From: Leucoraja ocellata | Lineage: Eukaryota | Assembly: GCA_036785375.1 (NCBI GenBank) | Contig: JAWMAR010000049.1 | Span: forward strand, 1,674,001 to 1,738,000 | Direction: 5' to 3' | DNA length: 64,000 bases | Shown: piece after piece, positions 1 through 11,923 of the stretch | Layout of the letters: each line of letters opens with the position of its first letter | Numbering within the stretch: the first letter of the stretch is position 1 | Position numbers and translations under genes: made by a program | The notes under the pieces: generated by a model | The model's input: the letters and a program-made list of their open reading frames with translations, nothing else | Databases searched by the model: none | Told to the model about the DNA's origin: nothing

Positions 1-146
1 AATTATTTCACTATAAAACTCTGTATTCCAAACAGAAAAAAAAATCCCAGCATGGATAAACTAATTGTTGCAAGGATTTGACTACTTCGGGTTGACAGCA
101 GGACCTACTGTGTGTAGTGCAGGTGACATTATGTAGGAGAAAATGT

Positions 147-270
147 ATCCTGTATCAGTACACTGTGGACGGCTCGATTGTAATTGTGGATTATCTTTCC
201 ACCGACTGGTTCGCACGCAACAAATAGCTTTTCATGTACCTCGCTACACGTGACACAAACTAAACTTACA
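147..270 (+). mobile_element. 3' end fragment of Rex1/Babar-like LINE
   Basis: Same 3' UTR (…cttttcactgtacctcg…gtgacaataaactaaac type) as copies at ~3955-4262 and 10166-10590. Confidence 0.55.
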
Positions 271-285
271 CTAAAAAATTGAGTA

Positions 286-417
286 TGTAGGAAAGAGCTG
301 CAGATGGTGGTTTAAACCAAGGTGGACACAGAATGCTGGAGTAACTCAGTGGGACGGGCAGCATCTCTGGAGAGAAGGAAAGGGTGACGTTTCGGGTCGA
401 GACCCTTCCTCAGACTG
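286..417 (-). mobile_element. Penelope-like pLTR fragment containing a hammerhead motif
   Basis: Same sequence as the 3' end of the GIY-YIG element at 32497-33150. Confidence 0.8.
386..413 (-). ncRNA. Minimal type-I hammerhead ribozyme motif (PLE type)
   Basis: Minus strand CTGAGGA-A-GGGTC-TC-GACCC-GAAAC-GTC: CUGANGA and GAAA cores, 5-bp stem II, palindromic ACGU stem III, GUC cleavage triplet. Stem I only about 2 bp. Confidence 0.7.
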
Positions 418-556
418 AACTGGAAGTTATCTCAAGCCTCACTCGAAATACTTCAAAATTTAAAATTGAACTTGTACGTAATCAGTGCATCCTATAAAGA
501 AGGAAGTCTTTTACTTTTAAGAAAACAAATTGGTTAGAATCAAGTAACACACTTAC

Positions 557-675
557 CCATCTTTATAAAAGTCCATCCCTAAAACAATACTCTCGTCCGT
601 GTCTTGTCTGCCGTTTGTAGAAACCACGACCATGTATCTAGTCAGGTCCATGTACACACTTTCCAACCGGACAGC
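557..675 (-). CDS. ssh2: ssh2 coding exon (AVRLESVYMDLTRYMVVVSTNGRQDTDESIVLGMDFYKD)
   Basis: 119 nt, ttccag| ... |gtaagt. SSH2-type TRYMVVVSTNGRQDT.ESIVLGMDF. The gene continues below coordinate 1. Confidence 0.97.
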
Positions 676-1239
676 CTGGAATTATTCAAAAGAAAATAAT
701 TTGTTATTTAAACGCTCGACAGAAAATAATACTTGCTGTCAGTGTTCATCCAAACCAAACACAATGAGTGAATGACAAGGTCACCCTGCCATGAAATAAA
801 GCTGCTCCTGCAATTTTATCCTTGTTTACTTGATGGTATTTCTGAAAATTATCCTTCATAAACAACACTTTCCTCCTAACCTGACGATTGGAACAAGGGA
901 CTAAATGACCCACGTCTGTTCCCATATTTACAGTTATTGTCACTTATACCATCCATGTCATTGGCTTCATTATCGCGACGGGTCAAAAAAAGTATGGTCA
1001 ATGTTTAAAGTCAAATAGAGTGTGCTTACTATGCTAATATTACACTGAAGGTCTTCTGCTCTAGACTATAGTTAAATCTGTAATACATTACTTATAGTGT
1101 TCAGTAAATATGAAACCATTGGTAAAACTAACCTGTTACAAGTTTGCTTTCAATTTTGGTGGGGGAACTGCAAGAATAAATTTAGACATGATGATCACAA
1201 CCCTGAAATTGATCTGGAAGATATCCAGGGCAGGTTTAA

Positions 1240-1910
1240 TCGCACACAATCATACTTTATTAGCCAAGTATGTTTCGCAACATATGAGGAATTTCATTTG
1301 CCAAGTCAGTCATACAAATAAAAAGCAACAGAACACACAGAACACATGTTAACATAAACATCCATCACAGAGACTCCTCCACAATCCTCTCCACAGGCCA
1401 GGAAGGCGGGACCTCTGCGTCGAGGCGATCAGCTCCTGCATCGGGGGGGATGTCAGCTCCCCCGTGTCGGCGTCGGGGCTGGTCGAACCTTCCACGTCGG
1501 GGCTGGGCGAACCTTCCACGTCGGGGCTGGGCGAACCATCCTTGGAGTTCCCGACATCCACGGCCTCTCCCGAGACTGCAAGCTCCCGATGTAAAGTCTC
1601 CAGGCCGCGGTTGGAGCTATCCCAGGCAAGGGATCGACTCCGATGTAAGTCCACGTGTCCGTGGTGGAGCCCAAGGTCAGTCCGAGGAGGCCTCCAGCTC
1701 CATCGCTGGTAGGCTGCAGAGTGACCGGAGAATGCGATCTAAAAATTAATCGCATCTCCGGCAAGGTAAGAAAAAGTTTCCCTCTCCCCCCACATAAAAC
1801 AAACCGGAGAACATTTAAACAAACTTTTAACACACACTAAAAATTAAAAAAAGATGAAAAAACAAACAGACGGCTGATGGGGCTGCCAATCGTGCTGCGC
1901 CCCCTGGTGG
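1240..1910 (-). mobile_element. Non-autonomous retroelement with Rex1/Babar-like 3' tail
   Basis: Minus-strand end …aaattcctcatatgttg…catacttggctaataaagt resembles the LINE tail at ~39165-39205. GC-rich body, 24-bp tandem (1471-1541), hairpin 1725-1760. Confidence 0.5.
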
Positions 1911-3457
1911 TACAATGTAATAGCATTGGCTCCATGAACTGAGGGCCTTGATCACCCTCAGTTTCTCCTTGTCACTGCCCTAACCTGACCCATTACATTA
2001 TCCCTATGCAGCTTCATGACAGGGATCAAACACTGTCACTCCAACCAATGTCACATTTTAACCGCTGAGTGATCAGGACGCCCCGTGCTCAGGTGATTTT
2101 TGTCAGTAGAAAAAGTGCTTCAAAAATTACATTTTGCAAGGAATTAGGAGGAAGTTCTGGCTTCTAAAATCCTAAAGACAGTCAAAGTGTTGGAGTAACT
2201 CAGTGCATCTGGCAGCATCTCTGGAGAAAAGGGATGGTGACATTTCGGGTTGGGATCCTTCTTCAGACTGCGATGGAGAAAATCCCATCTCTACTGAGTT
2301 CCATGAGCTTTAATTATTAATTACTAATTGATTGCATGGAAACAGGCCCTTCGGCCCACGCCGACCAATGATACCCCGTTCACACTAGTTCTATGTTATT
2401 CCACTTTCCCCACCCACGAGGGGCAATTTACAGAGGGCCAATTAATCTACACACCCACACGTCTTTGGGATATCATGGGCAGGTTTGCTGTAGGGTGAGT
2501 GGGCAAGGAGAAAGATGTATAGCCACAACCCCCACTTCCAAACTAGTTAACAAAATACCTGGATATTCTGTTGGTAGAATAAACACTGATATTGGCAGCC
2601 AAAACACTTCAACATTTGTCACATCACAAGATATATTGTGAACTGCATTTAGTTTTCCCAGGAGTACTGGTAAAGCAAACTTCCTTAGCATCCGTGCAGC
2701 AACAATGGATATATTTAGCTACTCGTGACCTATCTTCGGTTTAAACCTGCACCTGCAGTTCCTTCCTACACATGTTGACTTGACAACACTGATCTTGCCC
2801 CAACTGCTTGAAGACAGAAATGATACAACTTTCAAATCATCCCCACCCTTTAAACGTAGTTGCCACATAGATGTAAAACAACAAATAGAAGCAGGAAGGC
2901 CCTCATGCCTGCTCTTCGATTCATTCTCATTGCTAATTCTTTATCTCAATACAACTTCCATACACCACTCCTCCATCCTTCAGTTCCTTTAACATCTAAA
3001 AATACCAGCTGCCTAGTAATGTACTCAGAAACACAGTCATCATAGCCCTCACATGGTGAATGCAGAGGACTAACTGCCTCTGGGTGAAAACATTTCTCAT
3101 CTCTTGTTACAAAGGGCTAATCCCTTATCTTGACACTAACACCCTTGATTCTAGACATACCAGTAAGCGGAGACTTGAACTACATCCAACTCAGCTAGCC
3201 CTTTAAGAATGTTATACATTTGAACAAGATATCTTCTCATTCAGGACAGAAGATAACCTGCTGCTTAATCTGGTGTGGAAACAATCTGGTAAACCGTTGC
3301 TGCACTCCCTCTATTGAACAAGCATCTGTCCTTGAGTAGTGAGATCACAACACACAGTATTCTGGACGCAGTTGTAGCAGGGCATTAAATAAAGGGAGAA
3401 AGCCATCTTGATCTTTGTACTCCAATCCTCTTGCAATAAAGACCAACATATAGCTTG

Positions 3458-3654
3458 AAGATAGACACAAAGTACTGGGGTAACAGCAGGTCAGGCAGCG
3501 TCTCCAAAAAAAATGAGGGGTCGGAACCCCTCTTCACACACCCGACCCGAAATGGCACCCACACTTTTTTCTCCAGAGATGTTGCCTGACCCGCTGTGTT
3601 ACTCCAGCACTTTGAGTCTATCTTCGGTATATACCAGCAACTGCAGTTCCTTCT
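3458..3654. mobile_element. Penelope-derived hairpin mini-element
   Basis: Inverted pLTR arms. Flanked by accaacatatagcttg (3442) / accaacataaagtttg (3655), a 16-bp TSD with 2 mismatches. Confidence 0.8.
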
Positions 3655-3954
3655 ACCAACATAAAGTTTGTTTCCTCACTGCTTCCAGATATTGCAAATT
3701 GATATGCTAGTTGTTCTGCATAGGGGCCAGGACCCATGCCTGTGAGTGGATGGTGGGCCACATCTATCGCCATAGTGTGACACTTGGTGCTGTTTTTCGC
3801 ATTAGTTTTCATGTGTTTTTCAATCAGTTTTCTGCAGTTCCCTGGTGGCCCGCGCGCCTCGTGACTGGCTGCAGTTCCCAGATCGCGAAAATGATTGAAA
3901 AAAAATACGGCCGCGGGCCGGAAGATTTTGGGTTACGGGCAAGATCCGGGTCAC

Positions 3955-4262
3955 TCCCTCTTCTCCCCTTAGGAAAGACGTACAAACGTTTGAAAACGCA
4001 CACCTCCAGAATCAGGGAGTTTCAGGTAACTGAACTGTTCTCTCTTCAGCTAGACTGCAGTCTAGATCTCCCATCTATCTCATTGAGACCTTTAAACTTG
4101 CTTTCATTAGACGCTCTTGTGCTAAATGTTGTACCCTTTATCTGTGCATTGTGAATGACTCGATTGGAATCATGGATAGTATTTTATTTGACTGGATAGT
4201 ACGCAAACAAAAGCTTTTCACAGTACCTCGACAAGTACACATGACAATAATAAACTAAACTA
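3955..4262 (+). mobile_element. Rex1/Babar-like LINE 3' fragment
   Basis: LLPLGKTYKRLKTHTSR resembles the RT C-terminus at 29370-29440. (aaact)n tail. Confidence 0.7.
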
Positions 4263-4451
4263 AGGATGTAATAATCATGTCTAAAGCTGTTCAATACACA
4301 TGCAAATACCATGTAAGCAATGGGCACTTGCCCGTGTCCTAGAGATGGGAAAGGGACACTTGTGCAGAAGATTTTCACTAAAGATGCAAGTCCCAATGGA
4401 GTTTTACCACTCATGCAACTGGTGCTATGTGTGGAACCCGTGCAGAAACAT

Positions 4452-4616
4452 TTAAGAAAGAACTGCAGATGCTGGAAAAATCGAAGGTAGACAAAAAATG
4501 CTGGAGAAACTCAGCGGGTGAGGCAGCATCTATGGAGAGAAGAAACATCGCCTATTCCTTCTCTCCATAGATGCTGCCTCACCCGCTGAGTTTCTCCAGC
4601 ATTTTTTTGTCTACCT
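4452..4616. mobile_element. Penelope-derived hairpin mini-element
   Basis: Near-perfect inverted arms plus one-sided tail. TSD tgcagaaacat at 4441-4451 and 4617-4627. Confidence 0.85.
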
Positions 4617-4834
4617 TGCAGAAACATGTCCTTTTACACTTAAAAATTCTCATTGCAGCATTTCCTTTGGTCTTCCTGGTCTGGCTCGATATCCGGGTGT
4701 ACCTGATCAACCTCAAACTCACATCCCAAAATTCATGCACACAGTCGATGACAATAGAGTTAATCTCTGTCCAGTGTCCTGGTTCTCTTCATATGTTGCC
4801 ATCCCGAACCCCAATCCCCACACATCTTCTAACC

Positions 4835-5078
4835 CAAAGGTTCCCAGCCTGGGGTAAATTTAAGTTTACCCCCCAGGGGGGCAGATTTCACCTACCCCGG
4901 GGGTAAATTTGTTGATTCTGGGTTTGTATGTATTTTCTCTCATCTACTGACTGTGTTTGGTTCTGTTATACCGGTATCTGTTCATCATTAGTTGTTCATA
5001 AATAAGTGAAATAACATTGTTACGTGCTATTAAAGTTGCCGTGGGTAAACGGGACGAAAAAACGTTTGGGAACCCCAA
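4835..5078. mobile_element. hAT (Charlie-like) MITE
   Basis: TIR-like caaaggttcccagcc … gtttgggaaccccaa. 8-bp TSD ttctaacc/ttctaatc. Confidence 0.65.
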
Positions 5079-6154
5079 TTCTAATCTCATTGCCCAAGGG
5101 CCACATTAGTCATTCTGAAACCCAAATCCTATAAAACCACATAATTTCAAATCCGTGTGTTAATGCTAAAGATATTTTTCTCATCAGTTTCAAATCGCTC
5201 ATTGCATAAATTTCCTCTCAGCCTTTCATGTTATATTCCATTTGCAAAATATCTTAAACCAATTTGTCTGAGAAAATTTGCATATTTATTAAAAATCAAA
5301 TGCAGCCAACAAATGAGATAAATAACGTGATCAATTGCGACTAAGTGTTGCAGCTTTTCAAACCAATCTATGACTAACCGAGGGGGGGTTCTCGAGCTTG
5401 AAATAGAGGTCCTGCTCCTGTACACAAGATACAATCAATGTCATTTCCACATCAGGAAAGCACAAAGAACTTCACTACAATAACTAGAACTTAACTGCAT
5501 TTCTTCGAAACCAGGAATGTTCAGATTTTTTTTTTCAGTGTACTGACCTTCAAGGCACAGTGCCAACCTATCGGGAATGGCAAAATGTGATTTTAAAATC
5601 TGCTACACTCCTGGGAAGGGAATGGGAGGGTGGGGGGGGAGAGAGAGAGTTGGATATGCTTGACAAAGCAAGCATTTCATCCCCATTCACAGCTGCCCTT
5701 GATATGGTGGCATGGAGGTGTTGTCCACCATTACAATGCACTTCTTTTCAATGTAATCACTCCTCTGCATTCTGCTTTCTAAACGTTGCAATGCTTATCA
5801 ACCGAGTGCTATTGACAAGCTCAAACATTGCTGGGTCGGCATTAAGGGAATCTCTGACTTGGTACCTTTCCAACTTTTAAATTCTCAATCAAGAGTTATC
5901 TGAAACCCATTTCACAATGTGTAACGGGAAGTTGGGGCAGTGTTTCCAGAGAAATGACGCATGAGGAAGTGTCAGAACTGACTGAAGACGTGTTGACCGT
6001 CAAGTTGACTTCATGCTACATGGGAATAGGAAACCACAACTCATCTTTGTAATATTTCACTGGTTTGGCCAGAAGAACAGACCCGAGCATAAAATCCAAG
6101 TCAATGCGGTTTGACAAAAAAGACAAACGAGTCTGCAACACAAGGATAACTCAC

Positions 6155-6219
6155 CAGTCGAATGTTGTCTTCAGGTCTAAGAAGTGTGAACATTGCCTGC
6201 AGGTGCTGTTGGAGATCAC
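6155..6219 (-). CDS. ssh2: ssh2 coding exon (G-DLQQHLQAMFTLLRPEDNIRL)
   Basis: 65 nt, cctag| ... |gtgagt. Phases match both neighbouring exons. SSH2 motif DLQQHLQAMF.LLRPEDNIRL. Confidence 0.97.
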
Positions 6220-6952
6220 CTAGGTTTATTTTATGAAAAAAGTTGAATTAGAGAAGTATCACTGAGTACTGAATTTTGTAAATAGCGGTGTTGTTTTCTA
6301 TCTGGCCACTGGAACACGTTGGCACTTGCTCCATGGTGCACAGTTCCCCATATGAAGATGGGCGACATTTCACTGGTTATATGGTACACTTGCTCCACTG
6401 GCCATGAACACTTATCATCATGTGGAACAATATAGAGGACATGAAAGGAGAATTCACTCTGCACTGACATAAATCAAACCTCATTTACAACATTTAAAAA
6501 AAAATCATAAAATTGCAAAATAACCAAATTTATAGCAGATATGTCTCTCAACATTTACTTGCAGTGGAAGCTGTGAATGTAAATACCATGTATATCATCG
6601 TTGCCAACAGATATTTATAAAAACTTGGATGCCGCAAGGTTAGTGTGTTTTAATCTTTTAGATTAAATTACTACACATAAAATATTTCAATCTAAACTAA
6701 TGTCCTGTAAATAAAACAATGTCTCCAAACTAAATAGTCCAAAGAAAACTATTTTTTTTTAATTTAGGTCTCATTAAAGACAATTAAAAGAGGCCTAAAA
6801 AATGCATCTGCTGGTGAATGTTAAAATAAAATAATGAGAGACTAATCGGTCGGTCAAAGCTCCTCCAAATCCATAGACACACGAGGGGAGAGGAGTGGTA
6901 CAGCAGTGCTCCTGTAATCTAGATCCATCACTTATGGATGGTGCCTGTGTAG

Positions 6953-7260
6953 TCTAGTTTGATTTAGAGATACAGCACGGAAACAGGCCCATCGGCCCAA
7001 CGAGTCTGCGCCGACCAGCGATCCCCGCACATTAACACAATCCTACACACACTAGGGACAATTTACACATACATCAAGCCAATTAACCTACATACCTGAA
7101 TGTCTTTGGAGTGTGGGAGGAAACCGAAGGTCTCGGAGGAAACCCACGTGGTCACGGGGAGAACGTACAAACTCCGTACAAACAGCACCCATAGTCGTGG
7201 TCGAACCCAGGTCTCTGGCGCTGCAAGGCAGCAACTCTACCGCTGCGCCACCGTGCCGCC
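6953..7260 (-). mobile_element. HE1-like tRNA-derived V-SINE
   Basis: Minus strand ggcggcacggtggcgcagcggtagag (A box) … gggttcgacc (B box), V-domain, (aaact)n tail. Confidence 0.85.
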
Positions 7261-8192
7261 CTTGCCCAATTTCTCCTTGACTGCATGTGTTTACACCGCC
7301 TGTTCCCGTTTCCTCCCACATCCAAAACATGTGCTGGGAGATTAAATGGCCACCGTAAATTACCCCTTAATGAAACCAAGCACCAGAACAAAACTCAAGG
7401 AGAGTTGGTGAGCATACGAGAGAAAATAAGTTACGTGGGAATGGGACTGACAGCATTAGAAATCGTTAGGAGCCTGACAGAATGGCCACACTCATTCCCC
7501 CAACAAGTATTGGTGGTTTAGAAAGGAACAGCGCTGGGTAGCTAGAGCTCTGCTGCAACGTTGGGTGTATCTAGATTTCACAATTAACACGGAAGAAAAG
7601 GTTACATATCGATGATGAAATGTCAGCATAGATCAGAAAACTAACAAATGATTATCCTCAGAGGTGCAGAGCAGCATAACTGTCAGTACTTGCAATACCT
7701 CAGCCAACACAAAATAGCAAGGAAAAATAAATCATGACAAAACCAGACTAGATTCTAAGTGGGATTTGTGAAATGGCAACAACGAAGCCTTAAATAACTG
7801 ATTTAAAAATAATTTATGCAACCAGGTCACATTTTATTGTATGCTTCATCAGATCCATTCTGACAAAGTTGTGAAATTATCTACTGCTTCAGCAGTTTAT
7901 AGTTAAAAGGATTTTGTAAAAAAGTTATTAAAATGGTAACATTTAAAATGCGTTAAAAAATGAACTGAAGGAACTAGAAGTCTTCAGCTGAATCAGGATG
8001 GATCCAAATTACTGCTGCACTGTCCCATTGTTCTTGGATACATAAGCACTTGGTGAAAGAAAACAGTTTGGCCCAGAAATGTTGAAGCTGTTTAAAGCAT
8101 TGAAATAAAGGGAAATATTCTTCTGTACCCCATTCTCAACAATGCAAAGAAATAACACTGAGATACAAATGGTGTTAAACTAGTGATTATGG

Positions 8193-8307
8193 GGTGGGAG
8201 ATTGCAACCTTCACGTGGGAGATTGCAACCCGCCCTGTTTCAATAGAACAAGTTGTCCTACAACTCTAGGCTGTGCACGCTATACGCAAGAAGAAGTTGA
8301 AGAAGAG
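8193..8307 (+). mobile_element. 5'-truncated non-LTR 3' end with (GAA)n tail, possibly RTE-like
   Basis: Flanked by 10-bp TSD gtgattatgg (8183-8192, 8308-8317). Internal 16-bp duplication gtgggagattgcaacc. Confidence 0.55.
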
Positions 8308-8431
8308 GTGATTATGGACATGACATAAACTGCTCGACTTCTACACTGCCACGTGAAGTCTAAAACAGCAAGAAAAGCAAAGTAAATAATATGGAGAAAT
8401 CAAAAATCTGTCAAAACAATGGTAGACTTTA

Positions 8432-8710
8432 CAGCGGCACGGTGGCGTAGCGGTAGTTGCTACCTCACAGCGCCCTAGACCCGGGATTCCATTCTGACTA
8501 CGGGCGTGGTCTGTACGGAGTTTGTACGATCTCCCCGTGACCGCGTGGGTTTGCTCAGGGGGCTCCGGTTCCTTCCCACACTCCACAGACTTGCAGGTTT
8601 GGAGGTTAATTGTCCCCAGTGTGCAGGATAGTGCTAGTGCACGGGGATGACTGATTCGCATGGACTTTGTGGGCCTAAGGGCTCGTTTCCGCGCTGTATC
8701 TCTAAAGTCT
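8432..8710 (+). mobile_element. HE1-like V-SINE
   Basis: Same head and body as 6953-7260. Confidence 0.85.
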
Positions 8711-9295
8711 TAAAATACCGCTGATAAAATATGATGTAAAGATTGGGCAAGTTGTGACATTCAATGATATACATCAAAGAACCATCGGGTCTGTCCATTC
8801 CCTTCACAGGTGCTGGCCGAACCACTGAGTTTCTCTAGCATATTGTTTATTGCTCAGGATTCCAGCATCTGCAGTCTCTTGCGTCACCATATTTTGAAGC
8901 GAAGTTTCAAGACTTAGTTCTGCAGCATTCAGCTTTGAAATGAACAGAAGTTAACATCAAATTACCAAAACCCTTTCAAAGGAAAAAACTTGGGCCAATC
9001 TATATGTTGCAATAGATGTGATGTGACCACTTCTGATAAAATATGAAAGATGACCAAATCTGATTAAATATTTTGCAAAATCATTAGCAAATACGTACAG
9101 TATTTATACTGAAGTCAAAATTCTCACGCTGTTCTTGCCCACATAAGCAGAAGTATATATTCACTTCCCTTTTTCAAACTGGGGAAACATAGCTTTGCTT
9201 GCAATCAACTCAAACAAGTTTACAAACAGTTGTCTCAACATGATGAAGAAGTTCATAAATCCTAATTAATTAAATTATATTTATTAGATCCTGGC

Positions 9296-9855
9296 CTTGT
9301 GTTACCTCACATTGGTGAGGCCACATTTAGAATTTTATGTTCAGATTTGGTCATACTGTTACAGGAAAGATATAGTGAAGCTGGAAAGGGTGCAGAGAAG
9401 ATTTACGAGGATGTTGTCGGGACTCGAGGACCTGAGCTACAGGGAGAGGTTGAGCAGGCTAGGACTTTATTCCTTGGAGTACAGGAGGATGAGGGGTGAT
9501 CTTAGTGAGGTGTATAAAACCATGAAGAAAATAGATATGGTGAATGCACACAGTATTTTGCCCAGAATAGGGGAATAGAGAACCAGAGAACATACGTTTA
9601 AGGAAAGAGGGATTTATTTAATAGAAACAAGAGGGGCAACTTTTTTTTTTACACAAAGGGTAGTGGGTATATGGAACGAGCTGTCGGAGGAGCTTGTTGA
9701 GACAGATATTATCACAATGTTTAAGAAACCCTTAGCAGGCACAGGAATAGATAGGTGTAGAGGGATATGGGCCAAACTCAGGCTGGTGGGTCTGGTGTAG
9801 AAGGGGCATGGATTGATCAGCGCTGGCAAGTTGGGCCAAAGGGCCAGTTGCCACG
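9296..9855 (+). mobile_element. CR1 (HER1-like) LINE 3' fragment
   Basis: LVRPHLEF…KLERVQRRFTRML…LSYRERLSRLGLYSLEYRRMRGDL, the CR1 ORF2 C-terminus. Confidence 0.9.
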
Positions 9856-10165
9856 TAGAATTTCTACTAAATTGAGGAATACAAATCTTCTATGAAAGCA
9901 AGTGCAATTGTACAGCACAGTGTAACAGGACACAATGACCGAGGTTCCTTTGCAGTAACATGACATAGAAGTTTGTGCTGCTGCCTCTCAGCTCCAGAGA
10001 CCGAAGTCCGATTCTGATCTCTACTTCCGTGCGTAAGCAGAGTTTGCATACACTTGACATTACCACGTCAGGTAATGGAAGCATTCCTCCAGATGCTTTC
10101 CAAAAATGTGCTTTGAGGTTAATTGGCTGCTGTAAGTAACTGCTTGACGGATTTTTCTTTAGTTC

Positions 10166-10590
10166 AGTTAGTTTATTGTCACGTGTAAGGCACAGTAAAC
10201 GGAAAGACAATTGCACCGTTCACAGTGGACGGATACAGGATAAAGGGAATAATGTTTAGCGCAAGATAACGTCCAGTAAAGTCGAATTAAAGATAGTCTG
10301 AGGGTCTCCAATGAGGTTGATGGGAACCCAGGACCACTCTCTAGTTGGTGAGATGAGGGTTCAGTGGCTGGGAAGAAATAGTTCCTGAAACTGGAGATGT
10401 GTGTTTTCACACTTTCTGTACCTCTAGCCTGATGGGAGAGGAGTGACCGGGGTGAGACTCTCCTTGATAGTGACCTTGCTGAGGCAGTGTGAGGAGTGAA
10501 TGGAAGGGAGTTAGGTTTGTGATGGTCTGGGCTACGTCTATAATTCTCTGCACTTTCTTGCTTTCTTGAATGGAGCTTTTCCCAAACCAA
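10166..10590 (-). mobile_element. Rex1/Babar-like LINE 3' fragment
   Basis: ESKKVQRIIDVAQTI and …SSFRNYFFP remnants plus 3' tail. Confidence 0.7.
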
Positions 10591-10840
10591 AGATAAAGCA
10601 ATCTAAAAGATAAAGGAATTAGAGGAGAAATCAATGGGCATGTGAGAGTGTAAGTTGTTGGGTTGCAGGGCAATAGGGGAATGTGGTCAATGAGATCACT
10701 CACAAAGCCGGCATGGACCCCATGACGCCAATGTTTGTCAGGCTCTACACGAGGCAGCACAAATTGTGCATCTGCAATTATTTTTAAATTCCGCGTCGCT
10801 GCAATTCCACCCAAGAGGCAAGAGTAACCAGTGTCCTCAC

Positions 10841-10944
10841 CCGCATGTTTATTGCGCCGATGATTGATGCGAGATGCAGTCGAGCCATTTCCTCGAGGCA
10901 GGAATAACGCCGCACCTTTTACAGTCAAGAAGCTCTCGCTTATA
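10841..10944 (-). CDS. ssh2: ssh2 coding exon (ISESFLTVKGAALFLPRGNGSTASRINHRRNKHA-G)
   Basis: 104 nt, ctacag| ... |gtgagg. Near-identical to the SSH2 N-terminal domain. Confidence 0.97.
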
Positions 10945-11129
10945 CTGTAGAGAAAAAGATAATTGGGGTCAAATTATTAACACCAGAACAAATTCAGCCT
11001 ACTACAACTTTTTTTTTGGCCGTTCTAACAATAACTTATTTTGTAGTGTTGTCTCAAGAAACTACATTCAGGAATATCATCAAACATTGCACGGGAAGAC
11101 AACGTTATAAACGGTGATTGGAAACAGCG

Positions 11130-11420
11130 GCGAAACGGTGGCGCAGCGGTAGAGTTGCTGCCTTACAACGCCAGAGACCAGAGTTCGATCCTGACTATGG
11201 GTGCTGTCGGTACGGTGTTTGTACGCTCTACCTGCGACTGCGTGGGTTTTCTCCGGGTGCTCCGGTTTCCTCCCACACTACAAAGACGCACGGGTTTGTA
11301 GGTTAATGTAAACTGTAAATTGCCCCAAGTGTGCGTAGGATAGCGTTAGTGTACGGGGATCGCTGGTCAACGTGGATTCGGTGAGCATACAGTGTTTCCA
11401 CGTTGCATCTCTTAACTAAA
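11130..11420 (+). mobile_element. HE1-like V-SINE
   Basis: tRNA-derived head and V-domain. Confidence 0.85.
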
Positions 11421-11447
11421 CAATGAATTAACAAGTAAATAATTACA

Positions 11448-11692
11448 GGTACGCAAAAAAGCCGGAGAAACTCAGCGGGTGCAGCAGCATCTATGGAACG
11501 AAGGAAATAGGCAACGTTTCGGGCCGAAACCCCTTGGGTTTCGGCCCGAAACGTTACCTATTTCCTTAAACGTTGCCTATTTCCTTAAACGTTGCCTATT
11601 TCCTTCGCTCCATAGATGCTGCTGCACCCGCTGAGTTTCTCCAGCTTTTTTGCGTACCTTCGATTTTCCAGCATCTGCAGTTCCTTCTTAAA
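11448..11692. mobile_element. Penelope-derived hairpin mini-element (second subfamily)
   Basis: Inverted arms, central palindrome aacgtttcgggccgaaaccc/gggtttcggcccgaaacgtt, 19-bp tandem x3. Flank duplication attacaggta. Confidence 0.85.
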
Positions 11693-11697
11693 TTATT

Positions 11698-11923
11698 ACA
11701 GGTATCTCGCGTTTAATGCATATTTGATTTTACATTTTTATGAAATAATGTGCTTGGATATTTAATACCAAACTACTTTTATAATAAAGTTTTATATATA
11801 CTATACTTTTGGAATAACGTGCTCAAATTTCTGCCCGTTTAAATGTATATAGTTAATTTAAGCATTTTTGGATTACGTGCTGCTTTTCAGGAATGTGACC
11901 CCCATGATAAACACAAGGTGCCC
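11698..11923. mobile_element. Possible Tc1/mariner (Tigger-like) MITE
   Basis: ta-caggtatctcgcg … caaggtgcccg-ta, weak TIRs with TA flanks. Confidence 0.35.

Noticed and set aside
1349-1840. Five overlapping ORFs with repeated peptides
   Set aside because: Result of a GC-rich element with a 24-bp tandem. No protein family recognisable.
3690-3950. CpG-rich patch as a promoter
   Set aside because: Short, embedded among TE fragments and with no associated exon. More likely an unclassified TE piece.
7190-7260. tRNA gene (also heads at 8432, 11130, 18716)
   Set aside because: A and B boxes belong to tRNA-derived SINE heads followed by the V-SINE body. No complete cloverleaf evident.
10407-10928. 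173-aa ORF as a stand-alone gene
   Set aside because: Only the part inside exon 10841-10944 is real. The frame reads through the donor into intron and LINE sequence.
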